A stretch of 61,774 nt of DNA, counting the filler, from Sphacelaria rigidula (taxonomy: Eukaryota): assembly GCA_964200075.2 (NCBI GenBank). It is 9 parts of 9 records of this genome, joined end to end, with 100 filler letters (N's around TTAATTAATTAA, not from the genome) between each part and the next. Parts side by side here need not be neighbours in the genome. Positions count along the whole stretch, not along the records: positions 20,627 to 27,401 come from CAXNAA020018141.1; positions 27,502 to 34,276 come from CAXNAA020018142.1; positions 34,377 to 41,151 come from CAXNAA020018143.1; 6 more parts are not named here. One strand, given 5' to 3'. Below the pieces are notes generated by a model. That model saw only the letters and a list, made by a program, of their open reading frames with translations, did not search any database and was not told where the DNA came from. Position numbers and translations under genes: made by a program. This document shows, one piece after another, positions 23,316 to 36,104 of this stretch (positions within the stretch are counted from its first letter, which is position 1; the number at the start of each line of letters is the position of its first letter).

Positions 23316-26074
23316 TAACGAACCGGGAAGATAATCTGGAGTGGCGTGATGGTATCATACTTATACTTGGGCAAAATGACACTGAGATAGGATACCCGAC
23401 GAAATGCACTTTCATATAACGCTCAAAGTATATAAAAAATCAACTAGAAGTAAAGACATACACACAGATAGAAGACTGCTTCAACTACGGTACCGCACCA
23501 TCGTCTACAAATCAACGTTCATCAATCAGCAATACCGCCCACGTCCGTTTGATTGTGCCCAGGCATTAGTACATATCCTGGAAAAAAAAGTCTTGTAACC
23601 ACCCGCTTCCCGATATTTCCGTTTGTCTTAACTCGTGACTTTTTCTTTGCTTCGTCCTCTCTCCCTTCTTCATGCTTCCCTTTCTCGAGTTTCCTTCAGC
23701 ACCGTCTGCCCATTTTTCACCTCGAGGTACATCTCATGACCACCGCTGTATCCCTAGCGGATCACTTCATGTGCGACAATCAATCGCTCGTTCAGTATTC
23801 CACAAACTACGGTGCCATCACACAACTTGATATTTCACTGCACTAATCGCGAAACTGTCCATGGGTGGGCCGCACGATCATCAATTGGAGTGGACGCGGG
23901 TGAATGGCGAGGGGTGGCACATCCGTGTTAGAAGCGGCACAGCAGAAACGCTTGGCGCAGCTGTACACAGGCCGGTCCACCCGAACAACCAACCTCTTGC
24001 AAACGTTGGTACGGCACCCAGTAAGAGCAACACGGCACGAGATTGCGGAATCGAATACCGAGTGGCGATAAAATCCACGTCATCGAGATGCGTCCATAGA
24101 ACGGGGGCTCTCGAGGCGGTGCCGGGTTTTTCTTTCTTGGTCGAGAGCGTTTATTTTGTCTCGAAGCCGATCGGCGTCCAATCGAACTGTTCCGAGGACG
24201 GTTGCTGACAGTTGGTATAGTGGGGCCGCTGGTAATCAAGGTTGGTGTATGGCATCGTGTAGTATTGACATTGACCAATGTTTACTTACTGCCCTCCATT
24301 CACAACCACAACCATTTGGGACAGCGAGGTGCATGATTCGGGTCTTCAACGTCACCTTCTGGCGAGTTTTATGGTCCCGCGAGGTGACGAGGTTGATGAC
24401 AAGGCTCCAAATGAGAGTGACTTCTGAGTTTGCATCATAAGTGTCTCGGCTATGCCAGCTTGGGGTGTGTTCATCACCAGTTTGCGCGCTGGGGTGAGTA
24501 GATTTGAGTTGAAATTTCTTCCAGAATCTCGCTACAAAGAGGGTCTACAACCAATCACGAACACCCTTGTAATAACTCGTGGCATCGATCCCGTCGATTT
24601 CACGAAGCCTCGGTGTCTTCGTGGAGAGCGAGAAACGTGATACTCACCTGGTGGTGGTTCGCAGATTGTCTGACACTGGTGAATTACAGCAATTGCGTGG
24701 ATGCCAAATGGACATGGGCACTGCAGGGAAATTTCTCAATCAGAGCCGCCTAAGCAAAAGGCTCGCAGCACGGTGTTGCCATGGATGAGGGGCGGGTACG
24801 CCATCATGTACAGTGCTGCAGTGCGTGCAGCCGGCAGGCGACGGCTTGTAAACTCTCCGTTTACACCCAACACATACAACTGGTGCGATCATCACCGCTC
24901 TGTTTCAATTGCTGTGGCAATGTTACGCTTTCTTGCCATCAGCCCTAAAAGCTTCTTGAGGTACTCGCGACGGTAAGGTTTGACATGTACGAAAAATTAC
25001 GACACGCTGAAATCCGCATGTGGGACACATGATATTTTCGTCACCGCTAAACCCTCATATTTTGATGCAGGCGTCGTCTCTCCACCAAGTTCCGCGTTTT
25101 AGATAGTAAAAGCGACATGCACATCTAACAACCAATAATAATCCCGAGCTCAACGGGTGAAGCGTATGCACTACACTTTTAGTGCAGTGTGCAGAAAGAT
25201 ATGACCCATGGTGTTATCCTACGTCATGATGATAAACAGCACAGGCTAACCCCAAATGTGTTGCGTCATGATGTTCGCTTTTCCCCCTCTTTTCCACAAC
25301 TAAAACGGATATGAGATAACGATAACTCTATGTATTGGGATTGCAACAAGCATGCCTAGTATGCACGGTGTGTGTTTACGTGGAATGTATGCGCCTGCAA
25401 GCGACGACGGCTTTCGCGCAGGTGTTCCTATCTAACCCCTCTGGAATATTTTCAAACTTTGGCTTATCCAAAACTGCGGCACGTCTGGCTAAGCCGCTGA
25501 GAGTGATGTATATGGAGACAAATCGCTAGACAAGCTCGCTAAAGGGAATTTTAGGGGGGTACAGGCTGTCTTCTCCAGAGGAAATCCACGCAGGGATCGT
25601 CGCCGTTGACTCCGCGGTGCATGCAGTTACGATGTTAACACCGGAGCTACTATCCGCCTGTCCAAAAATAACAGTTGAACAAAATTCACCGAAGCAACCT
25701 ATACTTCCCCTCACCTTTCTTGAACCCGCCATCCTTGCCTTTGAATCTTCGTTTCTTCGCCATCTAAGATTTTCCTTGCTAGCTGCACAGAGGGTGGAGA
25801 GGGAGGTCAGCACACCTTGACGCCAAAGACATGCAGGCATGGACAATCGTTTGTACATGTTCACCATAGATTTTGAAACGACAGTACGTCCCGTGGGTCA
25901 GTTCCTACTCTGGGGAGGAATGTGGACAGGCTTTTACTCATTATGCTAGCATAATTTCTGGCGTAATTCCACTATGGTAGCATAAATCATAGCGTTTCAG
26001 CAAGTATCATAAACAGCATAGTGTGTAGCAAGTAGCAGAATCGAGCATAACTTTCCGCCTTAGACTTACATCAG

Positions 26075-26989
26075 GAGCGCCACTGGCGAGCTGTTGCGGG
26101 ACAAGCAAGGTATCCTTCAACGATGGAAGGAATGGTTCGAAACACTGCTGAACGAAACCTCGCCTACGATCGACCACTCTGCCATCGATATAATCGAACA
26201 GATGCCGGAGCACGCACCACTCGCGGCAGAGACCTCAATGGCAGAAGTGAAGGAAGCGGTGGCCGAGCTTGCAAACGGCAAGGCCGTTGGGACGGACAAC
26301 ATCCGTGGCGAGCTATTGAAGCTCGGCCGCACCGAAGACTCTGCCATCCTGAAGTGCCTCCGCAACATCGTGCTCACCGTGTGGCGTCAGGAAGTAGTGC
26401 CGCCGCAGGAGTGGTATAGACACCATTATCAAGGTGCTTGTCAAGAAACAGGATCCACACAGATGTGGCAACTACCGCGGTATTTCCCTCGGATCCCACG
26501 CGGGCAAGGTGCTACTCAAGACTGTCGCGACTCGCCTCAGCGCTAATATTGCGATTGGAACGGAAGCCTCCCAGAAGCACAATGCGGTTTCCGACCTGGC
26601 CGGTCCACAGTCGACATCATGTTCGTTGTGCGCGCAGACTCCAAGGACTGGCTAGAGAGAAGAGCTTTCCTCTGTATATGTGCTTCATCAACCTCCAAAA
26701 GGCATAAAACTCAGTGCACCGCTCTCTTCTCTGGAAAGTTCTAGCACGCTACGGTATCCCTGCCAAGGTAATATCCATCATCCGCCAATTCTACGACAGC
26801 ATGCGGGCATGCGTACGCCTGAACAGCGGCGAGACGTCTGAGTGGTTTAGCGTTTACCAGGGCCTCCGCCAAGGGTATGCGGTTTCCCCCAGTCTGTTCA
26901 GCATATTTTTCGCGGCGCTACTTACGGTAACGTTCGATCGCTTCTCGACCACTGAAGCGGTGGTGCAAGACTTCATCCGCATCGCTTAA
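26075..26989 (+). mobile_element. RTE-clade LINE RT fragment
   Basis: 'LQRWKEWFETLLN', 'LANGKAVGTDNIRGELLK', 'CGNYRGISL', 'CFINLQKA', 'QGLRQGYAVSPSLFSIFF'; frameshifted. Confidence 0.9.
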
Positions 26990-27010
26990 AGGGCCGGGAA
27001 GAGCAATGCT

Positions 27011-27247
27011 ACGGTAGGAGTACACTTTTTGCGCGAAATGTTGTCTGGTTCAGGGGCTGCTAACGATTCTAGATTGCACAAGAATAGGGGTCCGGGCATC
27101 CCCGTTCGCAGCTTCATTCGGAATATCTCTAGCACATTGAAATAATAATCCTGTGGCGTATCCTTACATATTTCGTAAGTGGTGCTTGGATGAGATGCAG
27201 GGCTCCTAACAATTCTAGCCCCCAAAAATATTTGTGCACCCCTACCG
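27011..27247. mobile_element. MITE with TA flanks (Tc1/mariner-like); a shorter relative lies at ~34481-34590
   Basis: TA-CGGTAGGAGTACAC ... GTGCACCCCTACCG-TA inverted ends. Confidence 0.6.
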
Positions 27248-27272
27248 TAGGATCACTCGGAAGACCAGGGAC

Positions 27273-27362
27273 TGTGACGGTTTAAGAGACAACCAACTAG
27301 ACCACTGACCAGTCAGCGCTGACTGGTTAGTGGTCTAGTTGGCTGTCTCTTAAACCGCCACA
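27273..27362. repeat. 90-bp near-perfect palindrome
   Basis: TGTGACGGTTTAAGAGACAACCAACTAGACCACTGACCAGTCAGC|GCTGACTGGTTAGTGGTCTAGTTGGCTGTCTCTTAAACCGCCACA. Confidence 0.9.
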
Positions 27363-27949
27363 AAAGGTAGTCGTGGGGGTTCAGTCCCCGTCACTTTCAC
27401 TNNNNNNNNNNNNNNNNNNNNNNNNNNNNNNNNNNNNNNNNNNNNTTAATTAATTAANNNNNNNNNNNNNNNNNNNNNNNNNNNNNNNNNNNNNNNNNNN
27501 NAGCTTTCGGCAGCGGAGGTCTACTCGGAAGCATCAGTGGAGTAGCGACCCATGGTGAACCGTACACGGAGTGGGAAGAAGTGATGTACGGGGCATCCCG
27601 ATGCGAGTACGACCTCGTGTTATGCAAGCCATCCTTGAACCTTGCATGGTCAGATGACCTCCATGAAGGAAAGTAACCAGCGGGGCAAGAAGATAGAAAA
27701 TACGATCGTGGGACGCCTGGATGGCTCACCATGAAGATCGCCTGACGCAAACGTGTGGTACTTGTGTCAAAGGTGTTGAACTCGGCTTCAGCCTATGTTG
27801 GGCGGCATTATTTAGTGTCGGTGAGCCAGCAAAAAAATTGAAAGGCACCAGACCCCCGACGAGTACTAGGGTTGGGATGTCCCAGTACGCTGACTACATC
27901 TCACCACAATAATCAATACAAACTGAAGATACTCTCGAAAGAGATCGAG

Positions 27950-30900
27950 AGAGAGAGACAGTACGGAAAGGTGGATGGAAAAGTACAGAGTGGACGGGTA
28001 AAGTACCAGTAGTGCTGGTATTCGGAGTTCGTAGCGATATGACAAGAACAGAGTTCAAAACGAGATACAATGAAGTTGGACCATGCTCTTTCGCAAGAGG
28101 AAAAGTAGAAAGGGAGGGAGAACACTTCCAAGTCACGCTAAAACCGAGCGCGAGCAAGGAGTGGGAAATGATAGAGACAAGTAAGATGTCGGCATGGGTG
28201 AGGAGGGTAGGATGGGGAGTATGCACAGCTAATGGAACAACAAACCTAGGACGTAGTCCACGGGTAAACAGAGGGAAAGAGAAGCAAGAAGAAGCAAGTG
28301 CTCGGAAGGGGAAGGGGAGGGGACATAGCGGCCTGAAGCAAATAGACGAAGACCGAACCGGAAACGGGAGAAAAAATCGAGCAAGGGAAAATATAAATCA
28401 AAACGACGGAGAGAGAACAGTAGACAACACGAGAGCAAATATTGACTCGGGAAGGAAGTTGAGGATAGGATCGTGGAACGTGTGTGGGTTCGACACAGAT
28501 AGGTGCAAAAGGGAAGAGATAGCGCAACCAGTAAGTAAGTATCCGCGACCTGAATATAGTGGGGATCCAAGAGTCATGGGAGAAAGAGGGGGCGGAAATA
28601 GGATGCACAGTTAAAAAGTACGCATGGATAGGGGAGAAGCGGAAGAGACAGAAAGACCAGAGCAGGGGAGCGGGGGGAGTAAAATTCCTAGTCAAGGAAT
28701 ATCTGTGTAACATTATAGAAGCGATTGAGGACACGAAATTCGACGAGATCATATGGATATGGGTACCAGGAGAGCGGGGAACGAAGGTCTTCTTCGCAGG
28801 GAACATCTATATGCCCCCAGAATCAAAAAGTAGGGTGAACGATATACACCGGAGGTTTGGAGAGAGAGCAGCAGGTGTACATAAGTACAAAAGGCAAGGA
28901 GAAGTAATGTCAGTGGAAGATTTTCACGCAAGGGTAGGAAGAGCAGGTCAACCGGATGATATCATTGGGCAATACGGGGAAGGACACGTATAAAGTTCGT
29001 TGAGAATAACGAGATGAAGGCGCAGAATGATAGAGCACTAAAGCCAGAGGCGCAATGGACATGGACGATGAAATGCAGACGAAAAAAGAGAGAACGCTCC
29101 GTTCTCGACTACATAGTGGTAAATCACGGAAATAGTGAAGAAATGGAAGTACACGTTTACGCGGAGGACGTGGGAACCACAGATCATTGTCTAATATGAA
29201 CAGAAAGCCAACAGACGAGAGCTAAAAGAAATAGCCGGGGTAGGAACTTGTACAAATGGAGAATCAATAGGCTAGAAATGGGAGAAAAGCAGCAAGACTT
29301 CCAAGAAGAGATGGCCAAGAGTGCAGTGAAATTTTCCTAGCTGTTGGAACGCGTAGATACAGCTGATACCGAAATGAAAAGAGATCGGGCAGGAGCAAAG
29401 ATTATAGGGGGATGAGAGCAGTTGGTCGAGAACACAGTGAATGAAGTCATCGGGAGGAAACTGATCGTATGCAACAGAGCAGTAAAATGGTGGGATGAGG
29501 AAGTAAAAGAGGCTGTGAGACTAATGAGAGAGGCCAACGCGAGATGGATGTCGAGCAAAAGTACGGGAGGATGGGAGGAGTATAGTAAACTCGGAAGGAA
29601 GTAAATAAGATGGTACAGAAGAAACAAAAATGAGTATGGAAAGATGCAGCGTATAAAACAAATGAAGTTTTCGATGGCAGGATGAAACAAATGTGGGTAG
29701 GGATAAAAGGGATAAAGGGAAACCAGGAGACAGGGGAATAGCCACACTACGGGCACAGAACGGTAGAATGGTCAGTAGTTCGAAGGGAAAGAGAGAAGTG
29801 CTAGTCGAGTACGACCGTAAACTAGGAACACCAGAAACTAACACGGAGTTAGACACGGAACTCGAAGAAGAAATCGACGAGTGGGCAGAGGAAAATGTAG
29901 ATACATCAAAACGGGAGGATAGTGGCTCCAAATAATTGTAGAGAGAGTTCACCAGAGATGAAGGAGAGGAGTGCGGAGCTCAACTCAAGAACAGGAAAGC
30001 AGCAGGGGCAGACGGGATAGTGAATGAATATCTGAAGCATGAGGGGGGAAGGGATGACAACCATGATGGTTATGCTGTACAACTGGACCTGGGAGAACGA
30101 GTACACACCCATGAGGTGAAGAGAAGGGGTAGTTGTCAACATTTTCAAAAAGGGAGGCAAGGCCCACCCAGGGAACTATAGAGGGATGACACTACTGAGC
30201 ACGGTAGGGAAAACGTTCTGTAAGATTCTGAACGATAGAGTAAGAATGATGCTAGAAAAGGTAGAAAAAAACAGCGAGGGGCGAGCAGGTTTCAGACCAA
30301 ACCGTAGTTGCGTAGACCACGTGTACACATTAGGTGAGATTATTCAAGGTAGAGAAGACGCTGGGCTGACAACGTACTGTATTTTTCTGGACGTGCAAAA
30401 CGCTTATGACACGGTATGGAGAAATTGGCTGTGGAAAAAGCTGTGGGAAACTGGGATCAGAGGAAAGTTGTAGAGAACGGTCGAAGATGACAGAATGTGC
30501 CAAAAGAGCTATGATGCTAGACGGGGAAATATCGAAATATTTCGATATCTTACAAGGAGTTGCACAAGGATGTACGCCATCACCCACTTTGTTCAAGGTA
30601 TTCGATGATGAACAGATAACAACAATGAAAGCAGCAAATCAAGGAGTCAAGGTGGGTGAAGATGTGATATCAGGATTGATGTTCGCAGATGATTTCGCGG
30701 GGATTTCAGGAACAGCAGAAGGACTACAGACACAGATAGACAAGGCGCTAGAATACCCTATAAAATGGAGAGTGACAGCAAAGGCTAACAAATGTGTGGT
30801 AATTGTATGTAACGAATATATGAAGAATCCGGTAGAGTTTAACTGGAAGCGAGGAGAAGAGAAACTGTTGATCGTAGACCAGTATACATACCTTGACGTA

Positions 30901-31997
30901 GAGATCTCAAGAAACTGTTCTTGGGATGCACACATGAGTGAAGTAATAGAAAAGGGTAAGGCACAGATAGGAAGGTAGACGTGGTCCTCAGAGACTCGCA
31001 CCTACAGACTAGGATTAAGAAGTGTGGCCTGATGATCGTGATCATACCAAAGCTGGAGTATGCAGGAGAGGTATGGGGGGGGAACGAAAAGTTGGTGGAG
31101 AGGTTAGAAGCAGTACAGATGGCAGCAGCGGAGAAGATACTCGGATGCTCGAAAACGACTAGTAATACAGTTTCGAGAGCAGAGTTTGGAATGTACCCAC
31201 TTGAAACAAGCAGAGACAGAGAAAATTGCGATGGCAATATAGCGTAAAGAACACGCAGAGAAAGAGATTGTCAGCTATAGTTGATAGGGCTGTATGGAAG
31301 AAAAGTACGAAAGGGCATGCTATAAGGTAGGATAGAGGAGTGGAGAAAGTGTGGAAGGAGATAGGCGGAAACCAAGACGAAATGCTGTCCATAGGTAAGA
31401 GATATGATAGAGTCAAGGGGAAAAGGACCGCTCAGACGCAAAGTAGACGAGGGAGAACACCTGGAGATATACGGGGGCTTGAGAGAAGGGATAGGGATGA
31501 AAGCATATTTGCATGGCCCTATGGACGCGGCGAAAAACTCAAACTACGATTTCGGGTCGGGGGCCTGGACGTGCCAGAAAGAAGAAAGATATATACTAGT
31601 GGTCGAGTGGAGGAAGAAGTAGACGCAAATTATTGCCCTACGGCAAAGCAATAGAGCGCAGAAATCATATCGCCGCAGAATATGAACTATACAAGGAGGA
31701 ATGGGACGTGCTAGAGGGGGAAATGTGGGACGTGAATGACGGCGGCATGAAACTGTTGAATGCAGTAGACAGTAGGGAGAAAACGATGGCTATACTAGGA
31801 GATAGATGGTGGCCAGAGACGGCGAAACAGGACAAGGATAAGATATGTGAAAGGTTTCATGTAGTGTGAGGAAGTAACGTAACGAGTGCCCAAATGTTTG
31901 AGGTGACTCTATTAGGAGTGGAAACGGTGCTCCGTCTCGAAAGGGCTGCGTGGTCAATGGTCGAACGACTGAGGCAAGCAACAAATGAGTACGCCCT
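27950..31997 (+). mobile_element. Near full-length degenerate LINE with APE endonuclease, RT and C-terminal zinc knuckle (RTEX/L1-like)
   Basis: 'LRIGSWNVCG', 'GIQESW', 'SVLDYIVV', 'TDHCL', 'GFRPNRSCVDH', 'FLDVQNAYDTVW', 'GVAQGCTPSPTLF', 'MFADD', 'PKLEYAGEVW', 'CPYGKAIERRNHI'; ends ...ACAAATGAGTACGCCC. Confidence 0.93.
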
Positions 31998-32277
31998 CCT
32001 TTGTACTAGCCCGGTCCGGCGAACACCCGGCGTGGTCCGTCTCGGCTTTGTAGGGACGGACCCTATGGGGTTGGTGTCGGTTGGCAATGATGCTGTTGAA
32101 CACGCCACTCACTGCGTTAGCTAGACAACCAGGTCGCCGAGTTTATTTGCGTGCTTGCGATCTTTTTTGCGGTCACCAAGATGGTGGTCGTGCTTGATCA
32201 TAACGTGCGGGGTGGGAGAGCCTCAATTCCGCGCAAAAGAAATGATCATGCTACGTAGTCTTTGAACGATAAGAAAC

Positions 32278-32552
32278 CTATGAGGCGGTGTATAAGCCGT
32301 GGCTGCTTCTGCAAGTGGCGATACCAGAAAATGAAGCAGCTCATTCTAGGCTGTCATCTAAAATGAAAGATAATCAGTACGCTACGGGCCGAACAATCTT
32401 AGCAGGATGAAGCTCACCTCTCATGCGACTCGTCGAACACACCACGGCGCCTTGCGTTTGGTGGTTTGACTGCGAGTCTGGTCCGGCGAAAACCCGGCGT
32501 GCTCCGTCCCGGCTTTGTGGATGCGAGGTCAATGGTCTTATGAGTACACCCC
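32278..32552 (+). mobile_element. ~290-bp non-autonomous SINE-like element; copies at 37551-37856 (+), 40862-41151 (-), partial at 1-60 (-) and 32011-32056 (+)
   Basis: Shared AAGTGGCGATACCAGAAAAT, GATAATCAGTA..CAATCT.AGCAGGATG.AG.TCAC and GGTCCGGCG.AAACCCGG..GCTCCGTCC blocks, with 3' ATGAGTACACCCC. Confidence 0.8.
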
Positions 32553-33272
32553 GCTCCCTCCTTTCATCCCCGGGGTGTGTGAATTTGAACTTTTCGGCAA
32601 CTCAGAAGTTGAATTTAATAAGTGCACCCGTCGGCATATCATCAGATGTATGCGTTTCTCGCGTATTTTTGGATGGTATCGTCGATTCTCTGCTTCCACT
32701 ACGTGACGATAGCTACTGCGCCTGGGAGTATCGTCTGCTACTTTTATACCACAGCACGCAAAGTGGATAAGGAGACATATAGTTAGCACAAAAAATACTA
32801 CACACCCCCCCGAGTGGTTCATGACTATCTGTGAGTACAGCTCACCCTAGACTGTACAATATATAAGATATATTCCCCCCTCAATATGTCGACGCGTCGC
32901 GAATTCGATATATATTGGCCGAGCAACATGATGACACCAGAGATAGGTCAATATTTGTTTTGTGATCAATATGTCAAGGCTTGCGACATGCATTATGTAT
33001 CGACCGAACAACATATCACGTCACTCGCCACCTCAATATATGGTGGCCGAGTCATATGATGGTGCCGTGAGGAGCCAATATATATTTGTCGAGTGATGTA
33101 TTGGCTGCCACACGAGGTTAATATATACATATATATATATTGATGATTCAATATACTCAACACCTGAACCTAAGCGGCAATATATACTGCCGCCCCAGTA
33201 TGCCGTTCGTCAGGGCGTGTCTTCGCACATTATGTTTCGATCAGAAATGTGCGGGGGAAACGGAAAACTCCG

Positions 33273-33341
33273 ATCTGATAGGTCGTGACTTCAACCATCG
33301 TAGTTTATTTTGAAGATGGTTGAAATCACGACCTATCAGAT
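33273..33341. repeat. 27-bp-stem hairpin
   Basis: ATCTGATAGGTCGTGACTTCAACCATC - 15 nt - GATGGTTGAAATCACGACCTATCAGAT. Confidence 0.85.
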
Positions 33342-33781
33342 GGGGATAATTGTTTTCCATCGCACTTTTTCGATCGAGAACTGATGTGCTAAGACATGGG
33401 GTTAATGTGTGCGATACATATTGGGCGAACAACAAGCGACGGGATCGACCGTTACAATGTATGTGGTGGAGCAATATGTAGATTACTAGTTCAACTTGTA
33501 TATCGGAAATATATAGGAATCAGTATAGTGGGAACGTTTGTGTATGCGGACGCTATTAACAGATGTATCACGAGACGCTGAAAATGCTCAATGTTTTCCC
33601 TCGGAACGTGTCCAATGTAGATCGACTGCACAATAGCTACGCGACGACTGTGCGCAATATATTGGATAGCAAATACTTCTGCGTGGTTTGTGTTCAATAT
33701 GTATTATCGCACCAATATATTGTGCATCGGTTCGACTCCATAAATATTGACATTTGAATGCATATACGGCCGGCATGAACA

Positions 33782-33817
<36 letters not shown>

Positions 33818-34397
33818 GTAAATGTATCAATTAAGGTACGCTTGAGGCACCTGACGTGAAAACTCTGGTTCGTGGGAACCACGACACGTAAAACAATGAC
33901 CAGAGTATCCGGAGAACGACAATTCAATCCTCTATCACCCAAGCTTTTCAAGATTGAAAAATAATCAAACCGCGTTGCAGGAGTACATGTGGAGTATGGC
34001 TCTATTGACATAAAAATGCGGCCAAAACACCCTCTGTTTTAATTACGGTACACTTTACGCAACAGTTGATTTCTCGCGACCTTAGACGTCTCAGACCTTC
34101 TCCTTTGGTACAAATGTTTATGAGATTAGTGCGGTCCGTTTAAAAAAAAAAAGGAAAATGTTTGAATCCGGTTATGAAAATCGCCTATCCCCTGTTTTTC
34201 GGAACAAATTTCGCCATGAAGTCGGTGTTTGGCGACGCCGTACTCGACGAAAACTACTGTTTTTTTTTTTTTTTTTNNNNNNNNNNNNNNNNNNNNNNNN
34301 NNNNNNNNNNNNNNNNNNNNTTAATTAATTAANNNNNNNNNNNNNNNNNNNNNNNNNNNNNNNNNNNNNNNNNNNNGTACAGAAAACAGGTGGGGGT

Positions 34398-34431
<34 letters not shown>

Positions 34432-35159
34432 CTTATTCAGGGGGTGCTACTTAGCGTACAGGCGTTGTTACTGTGCCGCCTACGGTAGAGAGCACAACGT
34501 TCTGAGATGATCAGCGAGCCGAAAGTTTTTTTAATGGAGTTGTTTCTTGTGTAGTAAAGGTCGACGCCCTGAGACACGATCCCCTACCGTACTTGACACC
34601 GTATAACATCCGTACGCCGAATACCATACCTCTGAATACCACCTCCGAGTCTTAGCTTTTCGGCTATTTTTGGTATCATGTCGGCACCTACACTACTGTA
34701 TTGGGGTACCATATAGACCATAGCCCCTAAGAAGATCGGTGGATGAGAAATGCTCCGACCCCAGAATGTTGCATCCTTGGGGGCGTTACAATGTGTCGGA
34801 CAAGGTAAGCTGGTCGGGGAGACGGATTTTGTTTTGCGTTTTTTTTTGTTTCGATGATGGTACGTTTAGGTTTCGGTGCGTTGTGCGCGCAGTCTATCTT
34901 TTTTTTGTGTAAGAGAAGATATGGATTGCCGACGTACAAATCCGGGCCATTCTCGGAGACACGGCTGCTGTGTCGCGGACAGTCCTCAGAAGGTCAACGC
35001 GTTGCATGGTACAGAGGGGCCGCGTGGTTGTGGTTGAACAAATTGTCGTTGTTGGCAGCGTCCTCACTCTTTTTAGACACTCTCTTGTGTGGAAACTATG
35101 AGCCAAGTGTCCGATATCCCTGCCCTCTTGTGTGGAAACTAAAAGCCAAGTGTCCCGAT

Positions 35160-35464
35160 ATCCCTGCCCTTCCTCGGGACGAGTCCGTCATCTCCAGTGA
35201 TCAGCCCGCTCCTTCCCTAAATAGGTAAACGCCTCACATTTTGGGATTACGGATTAGATTATGACAGTCACTCCCGAACCACGTGGACTAGACTCTCGTC
35301 AACTTCAATTTTGCTGCTTACGTCATCATGTTTCCAACTACGAAAATCAGATGCTTTTCAGGGAAGAAAAAAATCTGAAACGTATTTACCAGGATTCGAA
35401 CCCTCAATCTTCCGCCGGGTCAGATTTTTTCTATGCTGTACCAATTGGATCACCGGGCCACGGC
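35160..35464 (-). mobile_element. tRNA-derived SINE, with an adjacent ~44-bp tandem duplication at 35080-35170
   Basis: Minus strand GCCGTGGCCCGGTGATCCAATTGG...GGTTCGAATCC; core similar to the 11810 copy. Confidence 0.7.
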
Positions 35465-35777
35465 AGTGATATGTAGAAGTGGTGCCGTCGCGCTCATGTG
35501 ATCAAACTGGAACACCTGCGCTTGTGTGGGTGTATATGTGCTTCGAACCTCCGCAGTACATATGTGTGCGTGTGTGTACGTATGAGAGTTATTTTTCGGT
35601 TTCCGTCGTGCGGGAAAAGCCTCTGCAAGAAAAAAATCGTGAAAAGATACATGCTGGAGATATTGATGAAAATCGACGGGCGGCGGTGAGTGCTGACCCA
35701 TCGCTCGATACTAGAGCTTGTCGTGAGGGAAAGCCTCATGCTGTGCACAGTGTGCGTCCGATGAGCCTTCAGAAATA

Positions 35778-35829
<52 letters not shown>

Positions 35830-35831
35830 TG
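35778..35831. repeat. (GCGT)n microsatellite
   Basis: About 13 tandem GCGT units. Confidence 0.95.
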
Positions 35832-36104
35832 TGTCTGTGTTTATCTGCTTGCTGGCTTGCTTGCTTGCTTGCTTAAATGTTGCATGTCCTCCTTCACATT
35901 TTTATCTGTCTTTTTTTTTGTTATACTTTCCTCTGTCCCTCTCCCTCTGTCTCTCTCTGTAATTGTCTCTCTCTTTCATTCCTTCGCTCGATTGATTGAC
36001 CACGTGTTTACTCCCTGCGGGTACGTGTCTCTTGATCCTAACCCTGAACCCTGACCCTAACCCCACTTTTTGCTGGTGTGTGGCTGTTTTTCGGCTTTTT
36101 CCAG

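Noticed and set aside
23400..26070. RT-like 'HLDD' motif and other ORFs
   Set aside because: No flanking RT motifs; the region is left unassigned.
34740..35690. Upstream NSF exon (GACAAG|GTAAGC near 34804; KIV..EIL-like text near 35635)
   Set aside because: No frame gives a convincing 'KIVNGPEILDK' segment; at best these are decayed echoes.
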